64,000 nucleotides of DNA from NCBI RefSeq assembly GCF_030144855.1, contig NC_082721.1, positions 27,404,001 through 27,468,000 on the forward strand. Reading direction: 5' to 3'. The DNA is from Hypanus sabinus (Eukaryota). The notes under the pieces are model-generated. The model searched no databases, had not been told where the DNA came from, and worked only from the letters and a program-made list of their open reading frames with translations. Both the position numbers and the translations under genes were made by a program. How positions within the stretch are numbered: the stretch's first letter is position 1; each line of letters starts with the position of its first letter. Shown here piece after piece: positions 62,280-64,000 of the stretch.

Positions 62280-64000
62280 CAGGCACGGGCAAACTATGGC
62301 CCGTATGCGGCCCGTTAAGCTTTTTAATCCGGCCCGCAGAACTTGATGAAATTATATTAATAAACCTTGTTAACGTTTTTTCCCCACAATTCTGGCGTTT
62401 TCCCAATAGATGACGCCCTCTGTATATACATTGACCTTTGTTGAGGAGCGGCATATTACTCCACATTTGCGCTTTACTCTTTGACCTCTCACCCCTTCTG
62501 TAAAGATGAGTGGAGCTAAGAAAAGAAAAGTGGATAGAGAATGTCGGGTGTTTAATAAGGAGTGGACAACTAAATATCTTTTTACCGAACACCGATCAAC
62601 TGCTGTATGCCTGATATGCCAAGAGACTGTGGCGGTTTTTAAAGAATATAATATCAGCCGTCACTTTGCCACAAAACATGCCAACTATGCTAGCAACCAG
62701 TCAACGAAAGAACGAGAAGCTAATGCTCAGAGGTTGGCAGCTAATTTACAGGCTCAATAAAATTTTTTTCACCGTCAAACTGCCATTCATGAGTCAAGTA
62801 CCAAGGCGAGTTTTATGCTGTCATTCAAATTAGCAAAGGCCAGCAAGCCTCTGTCTGAAGGTGAGTTTTTAAAAGAATGTATGGTGGAGACAGCAGGTGT
62901 ATTGTGTCCGGAGAGCAAAGACAAATTTGAAAAATCAGTTTATCACGCAGGACAACGACTCGCCGTGTGGAACTGATAGATGAAGATATAACCAGCGACT
63001 TAAATAAAAAGGCAGAGTCGTTCACGTTATATTCATTAGCACTGGATGAAAGCAACGATGTAAAAGACACTGCTCAGCTCCTCATTTTTATCCGAGGAAT
63101 TAACAATACTTTTGAAATAACGGAGGAGTTTTTGACAATGGAGTCTCTGAAAGGAAAAACACGGGGAGAGGACTTGTATGACCGGGTGTCTGCTGTCATC
63201 GAAAATATGAAGCTCCCTTGGAGTAAACTTATCAACGTCACCACAGATGGATCTCCTAATTTGACGGGGAAAAATGTCGGCCTGCTGAGGAGAATACAGA
63301 ATAAAGTGAAAGCTGAAAATCCTGACCAGGATGTTATTTTCCTTCACTGCATCATCCACCAGGAATCTCTATGTAAATCGGTATTACAGCTGAATCATGT
63401 TGTGAATCCTGTCGTAAAACTTGTCAACTTTATACGTGCAAGGGGACTTCAGCACCGTCAGTTCATCACGTTCCTGGAGGAAACTGATGCGGATCACCAG
63501 GACCTACTTTATCACTCCCGTGTCCGCTGGTTAAGTTTGGGCAAAGTGTTTCAACGAGTATGGGAGCTCAAAGAGGAGATCGGTGCATTTTTGGAGTTAC
63601 TGAGGAAGGCCGGCGAATTTCCTGAGCTGAGCAACAAGAGCTGGCTTTGTGACTTTGCGTTTGCTGTGGATATATTTTCACACATGAATGAACTGAACGT
63701 GAAGCTACAGGGGAAGGATCAGTTTGTGCATGACATGTTCACAAACGTGAAAGCCTTTAAATCCAAGCTGGCTTTTTTTTCCAGGCAAATTTTGAATAAG
63801 TTATTCACTCATTTTCCCACACTAGCCACACTGGAAGAGGCCGGTGCAAATGTGAAAAAATACAGCGAGTCACTGGATGCGCTGCACAGAGAATTCTGCC
63901 GTCGCTTTTCTGATTTTGAAAAAAATGACAAGTCACTTCAGTTGGTGGCCTGTCCCCTGTCACAAGATCCTGAAACAGCACCAGAGGAGCTACAGCTGTA
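62280..64000 (+). mobile_element. hAT (Buster/Charlie, GTF2IRD2-like) DNA transposon, running off the window
   Basis: Left TIR CAGGCACGGGCAAACTA; flanking 8-mer agcTAgat; transposase from 62506 with NLS KKRK, BED finger CLIC…H…H, LALDES, TTDG, HCIIH and RWLS; stop at 62758 and a frameshift near 62930. Confidence 0.93.

Overview
Vertebrate genomic DNA; the repeat families suggest a cartilaginous fish, probably a ray (inference). Host genes: (1) the first coding exon of CCDC124 on the minus strand (6879-7037), with a candidate non-coding exon 1 and promoter near 23.2-23.9 kb; (2) a near-complete USHBP1/MCC-family gene on the minus strand, reconstructed by hand as 13 phase-consistent coding exons (55513 down to 35629, 666 codons plus stop) and a probable 36-nt upstream exon carrying the ATG; (3) an unannotated small CpG-island ORF of 107 aa on the plus strand (30615-30938). 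The rest is largely nested transposable elements: CR1 and Rex1/Babar LINEs, Penelope-like elements with hammerhead cores, an R4/Dong LINE, SINEs, Tc1, hAT and a solo LTR. Two items stand out. First, a young 4.4-kb Gypsy element (15756-20137) has no tRNA primer-binding site; its PBS position is instead a perfect 16-nt complement of its own LTR poly(A)-signal region, and its RT motif is YLDN. Second, a degenerate Gypsy element (about 59.8-62.3 kb) has its protease frame running directly into an intronless RBM25 RRM sequence in place of RT, and a hAT/Buster transposon is inserted into that segment. Family assignments come from remembered motifs, not database searches. Boundaries of degenerate repeats are approximate.
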